A stretch of 64,000 nt of DNA. It comes from Utricularia gibba (Eukaryota; Plantae; Magnoliophyta). Both the position numbers and the translations under genes were made by a program. The stretch spans positions 5,270,001-5,334,000 of the forward strand of contig NEEC01000002.1 in assembly GCA_002189035.1 (NCBI GenBank). The letters run 5' to 3'. Positions 11,717 to 24,874 of this stretch are shown in pieces (within the stretch, counting starts at the first letter, position 1; every line of letters starts with the position of its first letter). A model generated the notes under the pieces. It was given only the letters and a program-made list of their open reading frames with translations. It was not told the DNA's origin and did no database searches.

Positions 11717-13740
11717 TGATAAACAGAAATTTCTAATATCATTGCAAATAAAAATAGAAAATCCGTATCAAATAAATTTATAATCACCAATCTACACAAA
11801 ATACAAATTTGGAAAACTTGTAGAGTGGATATCGGGGTCGATCACGAAGAGCTTGTGTTTGCTAAGTATTTTAGTATATGCACAATTTCGAATAACAGTA
11901 GGCCTTAATCTAAGCTCGAACTAACAGTGGTAAACAAGCTCGGTAAACAAGATCAGTAAACAATATCAGGTCTTAACGTTACGGTAACAGGTACTGGTTC
12001 AAACTCAGAATAAAACTAACGTGCCTTAAGGATCTACAAATGGTGTGGTGCCAAAATTCCTAATTTAATCTACCATGTTCCTATACTCACAACTTCAAAT
12101 AACCTAAGTCTACCCAGGTCATTCACCATATTTTCGGCAAAGCTAGTCCTCCATATCATCACCAACATTGCAATTAGGTTTACCCGCATGCAAAGCATAT
12201 AGAATTAGGTCTACCCGAACTAACACCTACTGCTCCCGTCTTGATTTGTTGGTCTACCTCTAAATCAAGTATCTAAGTTATGAAGCTACATGTTCCCCTC
12301 CTTAGGTCTACTCATGGCTTGATAGCAACAAGAGCTAATAAACAATAGTCAATTTTATTAAGATTCCTAGACTCACGCAACCATGCTTCACTTTAAGGCA
12401 CTCATAGGGTTTAGCTACTCATGCTTTGAAGGTAAAATGTAATGGCATTAACATAAAACAACGAAAATGTTGAGAACATCATGCAGAAGTTTAGTGCAGA
12501 AATTAAAGACATCAACAAAGTAAAATAAAGCAGTAAAAAGTATGGTTTCCGTCTGCTACTGTTCCTAGACCAAAACAGTAGCGTTGGACTGGGTCTTGAT
12601 CTTCTTCCTTCAAGCTAGAGGTTCTTCTCCAGAAAAATCTCTTTTCTTCCTCCTTCTCCTTTCGTGTTCTTTGTGTTCGAGTGGGGGAGAAACCCCCTCG
12701 TCTGTTCTCTCTGAAAATTCTGGGGTGAAAAATCCCTTTTGCGACTCTCTCTCCTCATCTTTTCTCTCGCCTCCCACTGTCCAAGTCAAGTACATTCTCT
12801 GACAGATCTGCTGCTCCAGGCCCTGACTTGCAGACTGTTGCCATGACAATGTACTCATTGCCCCCTGCACCCTAGTGACTTGCACGAAATCCAGATTTTT
12901 CCTTGATTCTTGGGTTGCTGCTAGACTCCAAAATCGGGTTAGACATGGGGTAGGCTAAATCAAAGGATTTAGCCCACTAATTATACTAAAAATCACATTT
13001 TCCTAAATTACATAAAAACACTTAACATTATAAAATAAACACTTAAACATAATTAAAAATTTATAATTTTGTATATTCTAAAACATGAAAATTTGTGTGT
13101 TATCACACTATACTACAACAACACTAGACTTGTCCCCAAGTCCTACCTAAGACTAACAGAAAACTAGTTCCTTCAGCAGTAGCGATGAACATAAAAACTG
13201 AGAATAAATTAGGTGCATGAGCTACAGAAGTGCAAGTGTGCATGTCATTTCATCACTCAAATAAGCATGAATAGATTCCTCTTGAGGAGTGTTTTCGAAG
13301 ATCATACCTTATAGAATTGATCCCTCCAAGGTCACTTAAGATCACGGTTGCCAACCATTTTTTTCTTCTCTCCTTTGTTTTTGGGCAGTGAAGGGGCAGC
13401 TTGTTCCAGACTAATCCGGGCATAATGTGATTGCCCCTTTTCTTCATCAGAGTGTTGGCCAAGCACTCACACCTTATAACACTGGGCTCCTTCATACTCC
13501 TCCGGATTAGTCTATCCCTGCTCACCCTTTCACTACTTATTGAGTCCAAACATACTCTTTTAATATGTGCTGCTTTTTAGAACTTGGGTCTCAATTTTTT
13601 TTTCTTCCTTACCTCATGAATTTGTGAGTTTTCCTCTTCTGAAACTCGGCTCTCGCATGACCTTTTGTTGTGGCCAACCTGTTTGCATTGATTGCATTGG
13701 TTAAACTCTCGCTTTAGACCTCTAATTCTATATGAATTTT
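11717..13740 (-). mobile_element. Athila-like Ty3/Gypsy fragment (3' LTR 11717-13105 plus about 630 bp of 3' internal region) nested in the MULE
   Basis: LTR termini TGATAAAC...GTGTTATCA, similar to the solo LTR at 51839-53062. The adjacent internal sequence has an Athila-type CTTGTCCCCAAG motif next to a degenerate PPT. It joins directly to MuDR coding sequence near 13740. Confidence 0.7.
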
Positions 13741-15700
13741 TGGTGGGTGGTGGAGGTTACTCAGGTTCTCTTTCACGCAACTTTTTTGGTCTACTAGTAG
13801 CCTTTCCATAAATTGGTGGTAGAGGTGATGGCAAGGAAACTTGCTCCTAAATGTCATCACTAGATATCCCTTGAATTGAATTTTCATATTGTTTGATGTA
13901 TGTTGCTTTGGTATAACAAACATCCATATGCCTCTCTGGATTTTTTTCTCCTTTGCGCCATGTAGTAGAAACTGCATGACTACAAGGAAATTTAGTTAGT
14001 TGCCAACTGTTGCAACTACATGTGCGCTCCAGAAGATCTACTGTTCTAGTGACATAAGGGCCAACAACTTCATAATTGTAATCATCACTACGAAGTGTGA
14101 TGTTCCCAAAAGCCTCACTCATTACTGACTCTAGCTGCTTTCTAATTCTTGGACATAATGTGTCCTTTAATTTCAAAGCTTCTGTTCTTAACTTATCAAT
14201 CCGAGTCATCAACAATATTCTGATATCTTCTAATAGTTGGGTTATAGGCTTCTCCCTAGCTTCTAACATCTTGTTGAATGATTCACATGCATTATTTAAT
14301 AGCATGTCACACTTGGCAAATGGTGTAAAGAATGCCCTACTCCATTCTTGTGGTGGCCGTTTCTTCAACCATTCATAAGCATCAACTGATACAGTCTTCA
14401 AGGATTCCATATGTGCATTGAAAACCTCCTTCTTTGTGGCCCTAGCTGCTGCCCACAAGTGCTTCTTTATCGCTACACCACTATGACCTGCTCTCTTCAT
14501 ATTTCCATGTAAATGACGAACACAAAAACGATTTTCAGAATCTGGGAACAACTCTTCAAAACACTCTAGCAACCCTTTCTGTTTATCAGACATGAATGTC
14601 CACATGTTGTCATGTTCAAGCTTCAAATCAACTCTCAACAATTCCAAAAACCATTTCCATGTAGTATAGTTCTCTTTCTCAACAATTGCAAATGCATATG
14701 GAAATATGGAATTATTTGCATCAACACCTACTGCAGTGAGGAGTTTTTAGATGACAATATGGAAATATGGAAATATGGTAATTGCAAAATTACCTTTTAG
14801 ATGACAGTCATCTACACACATAATTCTACGACAACCATTTCTGAAATTTTTCTTGATGGCACCAAGAACCTCGTGTGTGCAGGATCAGTGTTTTGTGTTG
14901 TCTTCAAGACAATTGTTGATCCAGGTTATTTTTGTTAAGCTCAGTTAAATAGGCTCTCAATTTTTCCCATTGCTCCAATTCACTTCCACAACCAATGGCC
15001 AATGCCAACACCCTAGCTCGTTGTGCTTGTGCAGGAGATATATCCACTTGCAAATCAGTAGACACATAAATCCTGAAATCCCTTATCTTAATATTTGGAT
15101 TAGCAACCACATATTTAGCATATCTCTGTCCAATCCAAGGTGCTTTCATGCCTTCCAACACCTTTTGTTTTCCACAAACCGAGTGCTTATGGTTGAATGA
15201 TTTAACTATCCAACCCTTGTCATTTTTATAATGCGTAACATTTATTCTCCATGAACAACCCCAAGTCCGGCAATAAGCAGTCAATCTTTGTTTATTGTTT
15301 GTTGGAAACTTCACCTATCTTCCTCTCTTGAAATTGTAGGTTTCTATAGCATGCTTGGCCTCCTTACTTGAGCTAAACATCAATCCTATTTTCAATTGAG
15401 GATCATCTCCCTGTGTCTTCGGATTAAAAAGCCTCAACTTTACCTTACTATGACCCAATTCCCCTTCTTCTTCATCATTGTTGAAGTCCTCTTCAGTTTG
15501 TGTAACATCACACTCTTCGTCAACTAAAACAGCAACATCCATAGGCAAACTATAGGCATCTATCTCAGTAGGGTCAGATAATTGTTGAACTATCTCATGA
15601 TCTATGTCGTTGTGAGCTTCATTCGAAGGAAATATGACTTCACATTGGAAATCATAACCTTCATCCTCCAAAAATGGGGGTCTTAATTACCAGAATCCAC
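13740..15700 (-). pseudogene. MuDR transposase (MuDR DNA-binding, MULE catalytic and SWIM domains), disrupted
   Basis: LKIGLMFSSSKEAKHAI, GCSWRI...HKH, FMSDKQKGL...HRFCVRHL-like, DMLLNNACESFN and CSCNSWQLTKFPCSHA (SWIM). There is a stop near 15315 and frameshifts in 14650-14900. Confidence 0.9.
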
Positions 15701-17744
15701 ATGAACCTCACTAGTATCATGAGGTTCAGCAACATTATCATAGCAAACTTCATTTTCTTCTAAACCCATTTCTTGAACAGCAGAATCATCAACCATTCAA
15801 TCACGATCCTTTTCATGAACAACAGAAGCATCAACTACTTGTTCTTCTCAAAAACCAATCGAATCAAAGGTAATGTATATGGAAGAAAGCTGACTTGAAA
15901 AATCGACACCCAGAATTTTTCTTCATTATGATATACTCCTCATACCCACCAATGTGAAACCAAACATACTAGCTCTCATTCGTCGGTTCAACCTTCTTCT
16001 TTTAGCGTTCATCATTTGAAAGTGGTGAACAAAAATCGTCAACTCTAAATTTTAGAGGATTTTGGAGACAAGATTTCTCTTCCCAATGAACCCTAGAATT
16101 TGGGAAAAAAATAAATTTGTTAAAAGAATTTTAAGAACATTAAAGTTTTTATGCGCCACACTGTGAACATGGTGCTCACGTGTTAGCTCCGGTGAGCTAT
16201 TTGCCAGAATGCCATAAAATGAACAAAGCAGAAAAGTTTGTCTTATTTTTTAATAAGTTAAACTATTAGACTGGGAAATGCAATTAACTTAAACATTATG
16301 ACTTAAAAAATGATTTTCCTTATTTGGTATATATAAACATATTTATAAACAATTGAGATTTGATTTTCCTTGTTTTAGCATGCACTCATCACTTCTATTA
16401 AGATTAATATATCGAATAAAGCAACACCAACACTCATATTTATTTATTTATCTATTTATTTAAATTGAAAAAAATTATATGTGTTCATTTACATAAAATT
16501 TAAAATCATTCATGAAAGTTGATGAACACATATATTTATTAATTATTGTATTTATTTATATTTAAAATCAATTGATAATAATATAATTTATTTATTTGAT
16601 TTCAAATTTAAATACAAAAAGTTTATATTATTAAGTTTATGATAAATAATTAAATATTAATTTTAGAAATCAAAATATATTAATTATTTTAATAATTATT
16701 GTTTTATTATAATAATTCTTATTTAATAATTAAAATTTTATGTGATTAAATATAAAAATAAAATTTTGAATATAAATTAATATTTCATATATTTTAATTA
16801 TTAATACGAAAAATAATTTCTAATTTTATATATATTATAATAACAATCATAATATATTTATGATATTGATTAAGATAGTGTTATTATTTTATATCCATAT
16901 TAAATAATAAATTTTGATTTATTAATATTATAATTAAAAAAATTAAAAAACATATATCTCATTAATGGTCATTTATTAAATTAATCAAATATGAATTTTA
17001 TTGTATTTATTTATTTACATTATTCAAATGAAAATAAATGATTTTAATCAAATTGAACACAATTAAAACATCACTCGTTCATTACAATAGCCCTAAATTT
17101 TATTGCCTAAAAGTTAGGTTTTCAATTGAAACAAGAACACGATGTTAGGAGATCTTTGATGCGTATCAGCGGCACTAATGACATACAACATCGCAAAAAT
17201 CCATTCATTTCCATCAAACCACGCCACAGCACAGCAGCCGCTGGCTTCAAAATGATCTATACATGTACATACAACTGTGACAATTCAATCTGCAGCTATC
17301 ATCACCCAAAATGGAGTGCAGAAGCAGAGAAGCTATGAATCAAACTAAACATCTAGAAGAAGCCACACCATTCTCAGATTTTCCGATGGAACGCACCTCT
17401 CCCGCCCATCTAACGAATCGACTATATCATCATCATCATATGCAATAGTCAAGGTGGATTGGGATTCCATTTTCTTCATCAACCCACACGCCTTAATGAT
17501 TTGCTTCAATGAAGCATCCCTCTTCCCACCCTCCCTCAACAAATTGCATATCAGGATGCTGAGTGGGGTAACAAGGTCCAATTGCAGGACTGCATGAGCC
17601 AATTTACCGACGTGCTTCACAGTTGAAGCTGCCAACTGCCAAAAAAAATACACACAACCCAAGCTTGATTTCGAGACATCAACCGGAGCTTGTGAATCAC
17701 AATGAAACAAAGTTATGCAACTAAGCTTACCACACATATCATGG

Positions 17745-20700
17745 CTACGTGCTAGAAGCTGATTTTTGAACCCACACTTGTTTCTGAAGTTGCAGGCAAA
17801 CGAAAAATTAGAAATTCACAATTTACATGCATTAAATCAGGAGCCAACAGTACTGAACTGATGTGATACCTCATGCAAGCCATGGCCAGACAAGCCTCGT
17901 TTTGAAGGCCTTACGTCAAAACCTAAAGACCTATCAGGATCCTTGAAACTGTGAGCTGAGGCACGACGACCAGCAGACATCGAACCTGTGGCAGTCAAAT
18001 GTTTACTACCAGGACGTGATGGTGACAAAGAACTGAATTGCCCATGAGGTGAAACATACCATTTTCGGCAGAATAGTGCCCACCACGAAGGCTTCTGCTG
18101 GATCTATACTCTCCAGAACCGACAATCAGAACTTCATGCTTTTTTTCTGCATAAACAAGGAACATTAAAGTTGACAACAAAAAATTTCATGCTTTTTAGG
18201 ATATTGAAATAACACAGCTAATATAAGCAACCAAGAAACAAACTAGGAGTCATAAACAACATCCATGATTACCAAATGTTAATCCTCTATTCCTATCTTA
18301 TTTATCCAGGCAACCAAAGGCTATCCATCTAAGTGGAGTTACAGGAAAAAAATCATAGTCATAAAGCAAATCATCAAATCCATGAAAATTTAGGCCATGT
18401 TTTAACCTCCTTCAGTATCGACGACTTGAGACTTTGCAGATGAAGACGATAATGTCTCATGGCTTGCATATGATCCATCCAACGCACGATGAGGTTTCCA
18501 AACAATACGATCAGGCCTGTCTTTGTTCCTTGTGCGTCTTTCATGCTTCTCTGGTAAGGCACCCATGCTGTTAGAAACCACCTTCTCTGCAGAGCCATCA
18601 TCAGGACTTTTTTGACCATGCTGCAAAGAAGCTTGTGGAGTTCTTTGATCACTGTCATTAACAGAAAGCTGCAAGTCCAGTTCTGATCGAGATCCCAAGG
18701 TTGGTTTGTCTTTATTGGTTTCCCGCATTAAATTCATGCTCTTGACTATTTTTCCAGAAGCTTCACGACGCTGAATTTGTTTTGAAAGAACAGAACCATG
18801 TGACAGTTTTGATGGTGTTCCTGCATTCTGTTGTGGTAATATGAAGAATCAGAAACAAACAAGAAGAGGAATTGGAAAGAACTTTTTCCTTGTTTCTCTC
18901 CATCACTATGAATAAGTCGTTAATAAATACAAAAAGCCACTTGATTCCCAAACGGATGATTAAAATTCACTGGAAATGCTATGGTGGCCATCACTGTGAA
19001 ACGGTAATAAACAAACCTGAAGTATCTCCATTTCCCTTCCCTTCAGAAGCAAAAATTTCTTCTCCGCTTGTCCAGCAGGTGTTGACCCACCTAAGAAAAA
19101 TCAAATAGCATAATCAGAGTAAAACACCCGATACACACCAGAAGAAGAAAATGCTGAAATAATGGTAACTATTCTCATACTCCTACCAATTGAGAATCTG
19201 ACGAATAACATAATGGAAGAAGTGCAATAAGGGGTTCCATCAGTGAGACCAAAAGAAAAAATGATGACCATTGTGTGTACTTGGGCTTTGGTTTATCTTT
19301 TTTATCAAAATAATGAGTAAATGCTAGAGAAAAACAAATATTTGTCACCGCAAAATCAAAACTAATTAGAAGTGTACTACCACACTACCACATACCACTT
19401 TCTCCTTCTGTGTCTTTATCCTCTGACACAGCCAATCGGCTGGATTTTCCAACATGTGATTGATCATCTTCTTTGGGTAACAGTTTGCTGCTAACATTTT
19501 TTGAGCTCTCCCTCGATACATAATGCTGGAAGCAAAGTTGAGATATATGTTAAAATAGCCTCAAAAGAATTTCACCTACACTGATGCTTGAATATATGAG
19601 ATTGTCATGAAAGAAATTTTGAATAAGCATCCAAGTCATTGTGAAACCACAAAAACACCCAGTGAAAGAAAAAAGTTTGGACGATGCACATCAATGTTAT
19701 ACCACATGAACATATTGGAGTACAAAATAAGACACCTAAATCTGGAAGAGGACTACACAAGGGTTTCAGTTTTTTTTAAAAAAAAAAGAGAAAAATGAAA
19801 AGAGAAACCATACAGGCAGTCAGAAATTAGCAATCCACATCGAGAAAAATTATGAAGTTCATTTACCATGACACCAGAATTTCTCCTCTCTGAACTTTTC
19901 TTTGATGATCCTGAGGTAACATTCTTTTGTTTCAGTCCACTGCCTCTTTTTCCAAGCTTTCCGTTCGTTGTGTTTCTCTGTTGAGGGTTTGGTGTAAGAT
20001 CAGGATTCTATTAACTCTTAACAATAAAAAAAAAAAAGAACCGCAAAAATAGTTATATAACTGCCAGTTAAACTGGGAAAATCTGTTTAAGGGTAACTGT
20101 GACGAAAATCTTCCCTCTCACTAACCTTCGCAGCTCTCTTCCGTCGAATGTATTCCATTAGAGGGGTAACAATAAGAGCCTCCTTCTGGCCACCTTAAAT
20201 AGTTAAAATAAAAGATTATGAAATAGTGTAGACAAATTCCATATGATCAAAGCGTTTAACTTTGCAACAGATTTGATGAGATCACATATACAAGCAGGAG
20301 AAAGACTGACCTGCTCGTTCTGCTTCCTTTCTCTCCAATTGTATCTCTGCACTAGGGAGATTCTCAACTGGCTTTGCAATAGACTCGAGGAACTCCAAGT
20401 ATTCATGGTCTGTATTATTGATATTTCATTAGCAAAAACTGCAAGGAAATGGAAGTACTATGAAATTCACGAGCATTCAGATGATGCAAGCAGCACCTTT
20501 GTCAATAGTTCCCTCACGGCCATCCTTCTTAGAAAACTCCTTTGGAACACGCTGCGAAGGAGCATACTCTACAATTGCCTTATATTGAGTCCCTAGAAGT
20601 GTAAATTAAGGACATTCAGGTATAGCATCAGGTTGTTTCTGAGAAGAATAATATCGATAACAGAAATGCAGGCACGGGGAAGGATATGGAACACATGAGT

Positions 20701-21294
20701 GAGGGAAAGGTAAGAAGCGGCTAGGCCAAATCAAGCATGAAGTATAAAATACCTTTCTCATTAACAAAAGCATGGCCATTGAAAAATGCAGCAAAATCAA
20801 TGACATCATCGGGCTTACTGAAATCAATGTAAGCTCTGGAGTATATCTGACGCCTTTGGCTGAAAAATGCAGATACACAAAATTACGAAATTGACATCAT
20901 CACGCTTCCGTGAAATTTTATCTGTAGAAAGATAAGCGCGGATGACAATACCCATAACCCGCAAGACATTCTACCAAATACAATGTCCAGGTAAAGAGAG
21001 CGAACGTTTCAATGAGGTTCTACATAAATCAATGAAGCAACAGCACGGGATGGACAACACCTCACAGAAGTTCCGGAATTCTCAGCATCCCATCACCACG
21101 AATGAAAAAAAAAAAAAAACAAACACACACACACAAATGAGAACAAAAAGCAACCTTAATTTCCCGGGTCGAAACAAAATCCAACGGTAGCGTCCAGAGA
21201 AGCGAGAATCAATATGTTCAACAAGATTTTCCTGAGAAATGGATGGGGGCAGGTGCCGCAACACCACCTTCGTTCGATCTAGCGGCCCCTTCAT
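17745..21294 (-). CDS. UPF3: Regulator of nonsense transcripts UPF3 (Smg-4/UPF3 family)
   Basis: MKGPLDRTKVVLRHLPPSISQ...FRPGK, YSRAYIDF...FAAFFNGHAFVNEKG, AIVEYAPSQRVPK, ENLPSAEIQLERKE, VTPLMEYIR, ERRTRNKDRPDR and C-terminal KQVWVQKS. About 11 GT-AG exons join in frame; ATG at 21294, TAG at 17745-17747. Confidence 0.96.
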
Positions 21295-21786
21295 ACCCGG
21301 AAAAACCCTAACACCTCTCCAAATATTTGCAAAAGGGGAAAGAAAAAAAGGACCAGTTCGATCAACTGTATTTCCCAAAGGATAACGGTTCAGAACTCCG
21401 GGGTTACATCGCTGATGCACAATTTGTTCTTCAGCAAACTGAGACGCCGCGAATTCGTTTGGACAAAGAAAACAAAAACAAAAAAAATCTTCAAAAGAGA
21501 GGGAGCCCCGTGATATTGCTTAACTATTTTCTATTTAAAGATAAAACCTAAATTCCCACGCCTTTGCTTTTCAATTGTATTTTTTGGATCACCGGTAAAT
21601 TAGGTTAACACACCCTTTCCAAATCGATTTTATTACGCAAGGTGAAATTCTCCTAATTCTTACTTCTAAAACTTAGAATCATTTTTTAATTATTAATTTT
21701 TATCAGCAAATTTTAAATATAATCATTTCATAATTAAAAGTGTAATATTATAGATTTGTGAGGCAAATATCCAATTAATATGCTAA

Positions 21787-22178
21787 GGTCCTGTGTTGGT
21801 AGCTTTGTTAAGCCAACTTAACAATACAAATAAATTATGATTGGGTGTTTGGTAGTATTGTGAAGTTAAACAATGTTGTTTAGCTTCACAAAACTTTAAC
21901 AAGCAAATGACTGTTAACATTAATGTATTTCAAAGGCACGTTAGTCTTAATAACGTTTAATTAATTTCTTAATTAATGACTGTTAAGGGATAAAAATAGA
22001 AAAAACTATTAATATATTTATCTTAATAGTAACCTACCAAACACAATGTAACCCTAAACAATAGTAATCATAAAAATGTTACTAAACACAACTAATTTAT
22101 AAATAATTGAATCATTGTTTATGATAACAATAATAATTTTAACAACTGTTAATTATAACAAATCTATCAAATGAGGCC
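21787..22178. mobile_element. Tourist-like (PIF/Harbinger) MITE
   Basis: TAA flanks at 21784-21786 and 22179-22181. Imperfect TIRs GGTCCTGTGTTGGTAG and CTATCAAATGAGGCC surround an AT-rich interior. Confidence 0.6.
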
Positions 22179-23883
22179 TAAAGATACAAATGTCGATATT
22201 TATATCCTAGATTTTTAGGATAAAATCAATAAATGATGTAAATTTTTTTTGGATTGATACAATCCAAAATTAACCATATGAACGTGAGTGTTCCACTTGT
22301 TTCATATAAATTTCATTATAGTTGATAAATAATTTTATATCATTTATATTTCTGATTTTGTATAATTTTTTAAATCAGTCTATATTTTTTTTGTTAAACT
22401 TTTATCATGTATTTAAATGTATTTTACATGTTGTGGATCAATTTGATCTTTTTAAGATAATTTTGATTTAAATTTGAAAAAATTAGAGATAATCTTGATG
22501 AAGGTAAAAATTAAACTATCTAAATAAAAATTCAATCAAAGATTCTTGATAAGATAAAATTTGAATCTTATTTTAAAAGTGTTAAAAACATGAGTGTCAA
22601 ATTATTAGAAGTTTCGAAGTCTTTAAGTCAGTTTAAAAGTTTAGAATCGAGGACAATATCTTCTATTTTCATTTCCTTTAGTTTTTCATTAGTTTCGTAT
22701 ATTAAAGACGAGCATGTGTGTGTAGTTATTTGCTAATACTCTAAAAACTATTAAAATACAAAAAACAACATACAAAAACACTTAAACTATAACGAGAATT
22801 AGTAATTTTTATACTATAAAAATATAAGAAAAACATGTTTTATAAAATGGTTTAGTAATCTGATTGATTTTTTAGTAATATAAATCAATAATTTAATAAT
22901 AATTATCAGATATCATTATTTTAGAATAAAATTAAAAGAATTAATATAAATAAATCAATTATTAAGGTTTTTACACACATATAGGGGCAAGTTTTGATAG
23001 AATGGAACATTAATCTAAATCCATTTTTTGATATTATTTTAAAACATATCTTTTTGTTTTGTTGTTGATTCATTTGGAATCATAATTTTTAAGAAAATTC
23101 AAATAATCAATATCTCGTAAATACAATCTTTATTTATTAATTTGATTGTTTTTTTGACTTTCAGAATTACAATAAATGGTAAATAGATAACATTGAAAAA
23201 AATCAACTTGAATTCATGTTTTTTTACATCCCAGTAATATATATATTGTGTTTATAATAAACTATTTGATCTCCCACATAATTTATTCATGTTCTTTGAC
23301 TCACGCCCTTGAATTGATCATTTTAGACATGGTCAACTGAACATATTTTGTCATTTATAAGACCTTTTTGTTTTGATATTTGAAAAGTAATAATTGTGAA
23401 TTTAAAATTCCAAATATACAGGGCTTATTTTGTATACCTAATTTGTGGTCTAGTAAATTTATCCACATCTTCTTCTCTATTTGGTCAAGGAAATCCATGC
23501 TGAATTTTCTGTCGCACTGTACCTTGCAAATCTTCAGAAAACAAAATACATGATTCTTAGCATGATGTATTTTATTTTGAATGAATTGATAAAATTATTT
23601 TTTAAAAAAAGAGCATAATCTTTTTATGCTAAAATATATTCTTAAAAAATATTTATTATCTCATTCTTAATTTATCAATATTTATTTTTTATTAAAATAT
23701 TTTTCCAATATACCGATTTCTAAAAAATAAACCTTTTCTAATACAATTTAAAGAAAAACTACATACGTCAAAAAAAAATGAAAAAGAAAATTCCGCTTGG
23801 GGGCTATGAATACGATTGTGGAGAGAGGAATTGTCTTGATTTGGGCGGTTTCCACACGCGTCTTTTGCAGCGACGGAAATCCG

Positions 23884-24874
23884 ATGGCGTCTTTCGATGA
23901 AGCTCCTCCCGGCGATCAGAAATCTGGCGAGAAGATCTTCAAGACTAAGTGCGCGCAATGCCACACCGTCGACAAAGGGGCCGGCCACAAACAAGGTTGG
24001 TCAGCGGCCAGAATTTCTTTCTCTTTTTTGTTTTTTGTTGTTTCTGGTTTTATTCTGCTGCGCGCATTCCAGATCTTACGAGTTGTGCTTTTTGCCTTGT
24101 AATATAGTTGTGTCATTGTAATGATTGTTGTCGGATGAGCTTCGAGTCTGTTTCATTGATGATTGTTGATTGTTACCGCGCTCGATGTAGTGGACAGATG
24201 GGCCTGAATTCTTCCTCATAACGGTTTTGTCGTGTAGTGAATTTTTTTATTAAAGATTTGCCCTTTTCGTGATTAAAATGCACAATCTGGATGACCGAGG
24301 TGCTCTCTGGCAATCTGACCATTGAACTTTTCAGATTTTCATTTGCTTGTTTCATGACATTCTGTTATGCTCATGGTCAGACACTCAATGGTTACCTGGA
24401 ATAAGCATTCTGGGTATCTTTTCTTTTAGATTGAAGCTTGTGGTGCTTTATTTTGAAAATGCACCGTTAAGCTGTGGATCTTACCACCCTTGGCGTTAGT
24501 TGCGTTACATGCTCTGAGGTATGTGAACTCTTTTTCCACCAGGCCCCAATTTGAATGGTCTCTTTGGAAGGCAGTCTGGTACCACGCCTGGATACTCCTA
24601 CTCAGCTGCCAACAAGAACATGGCTGTGATCTGGGAAGAGAAAACTCTGTACGACTACTTGCTGAATCCCAAGAAGGTACTATATACATGAGTTCACGTG
24701 GGCTTTCGAATGCGTAAATGAGATTGTGATAGCTGCTTGTGACTCAAAAATCTTTTGCCAACGCAGTATATACCTGGAACCAAGATGGTGTTCCCTGGAC
24801 TCAAGAAACCTCAGGAGCGTGCTGATCTAATCTCGTATCTGAAGGCGGCTACTGCCGATGCAGACACATCCTAG
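23884..24874 (+). CDS. CYTC: Mitochondrial cytochrome c, 117 aa
   Basis: Exons 23884-23995, 24543-24676 and 24767-24874. Motifs [11 protein letters not shown]...[10 protein letters not shown] (CxxCH), [10 protein letters not shown] and [29 protein letters not shown]. Confidence 0.98.

Larger units (their letters stand above)
10844..16320 (-). mobile_element. Mutator-like element (MULE/MuDR) with both TIRs and a 9-bp TSD
   Basis: Perfect TSD TATTTGGTA at 10835-10843 and 16321-16329. Imperfect TIRs of about 140 bp start GGGAAAAATCG and end TGATTTTCCT; they share TCATAATGTTT, AGTCTAATA and TTCATTTTATGGCATTC. A MuDR transposase lies inside. Confidence 0.92.

Noticed and set aside
12584-13549. 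ORFs 12584-12802, 12610-12885 and 13253-13549
   Set aside because: They lie in LTR or non-coding retroelement sequence and show no recognisable domain.
17345-17737. 130-aa ORF downstream of UPF3
   Set aside because: It starts at a TTG, spans the predicted 3'UTR intron and has no recognisable homology; treated as UTR.
17990-18065. Apparent frameshift or lost acceptor in the penultimate UPF3 exons
   Set aside because: A 74-nt GT-AG intron ending TTGACTGCCACAG restores the frame (ENG|SMSAGRR).
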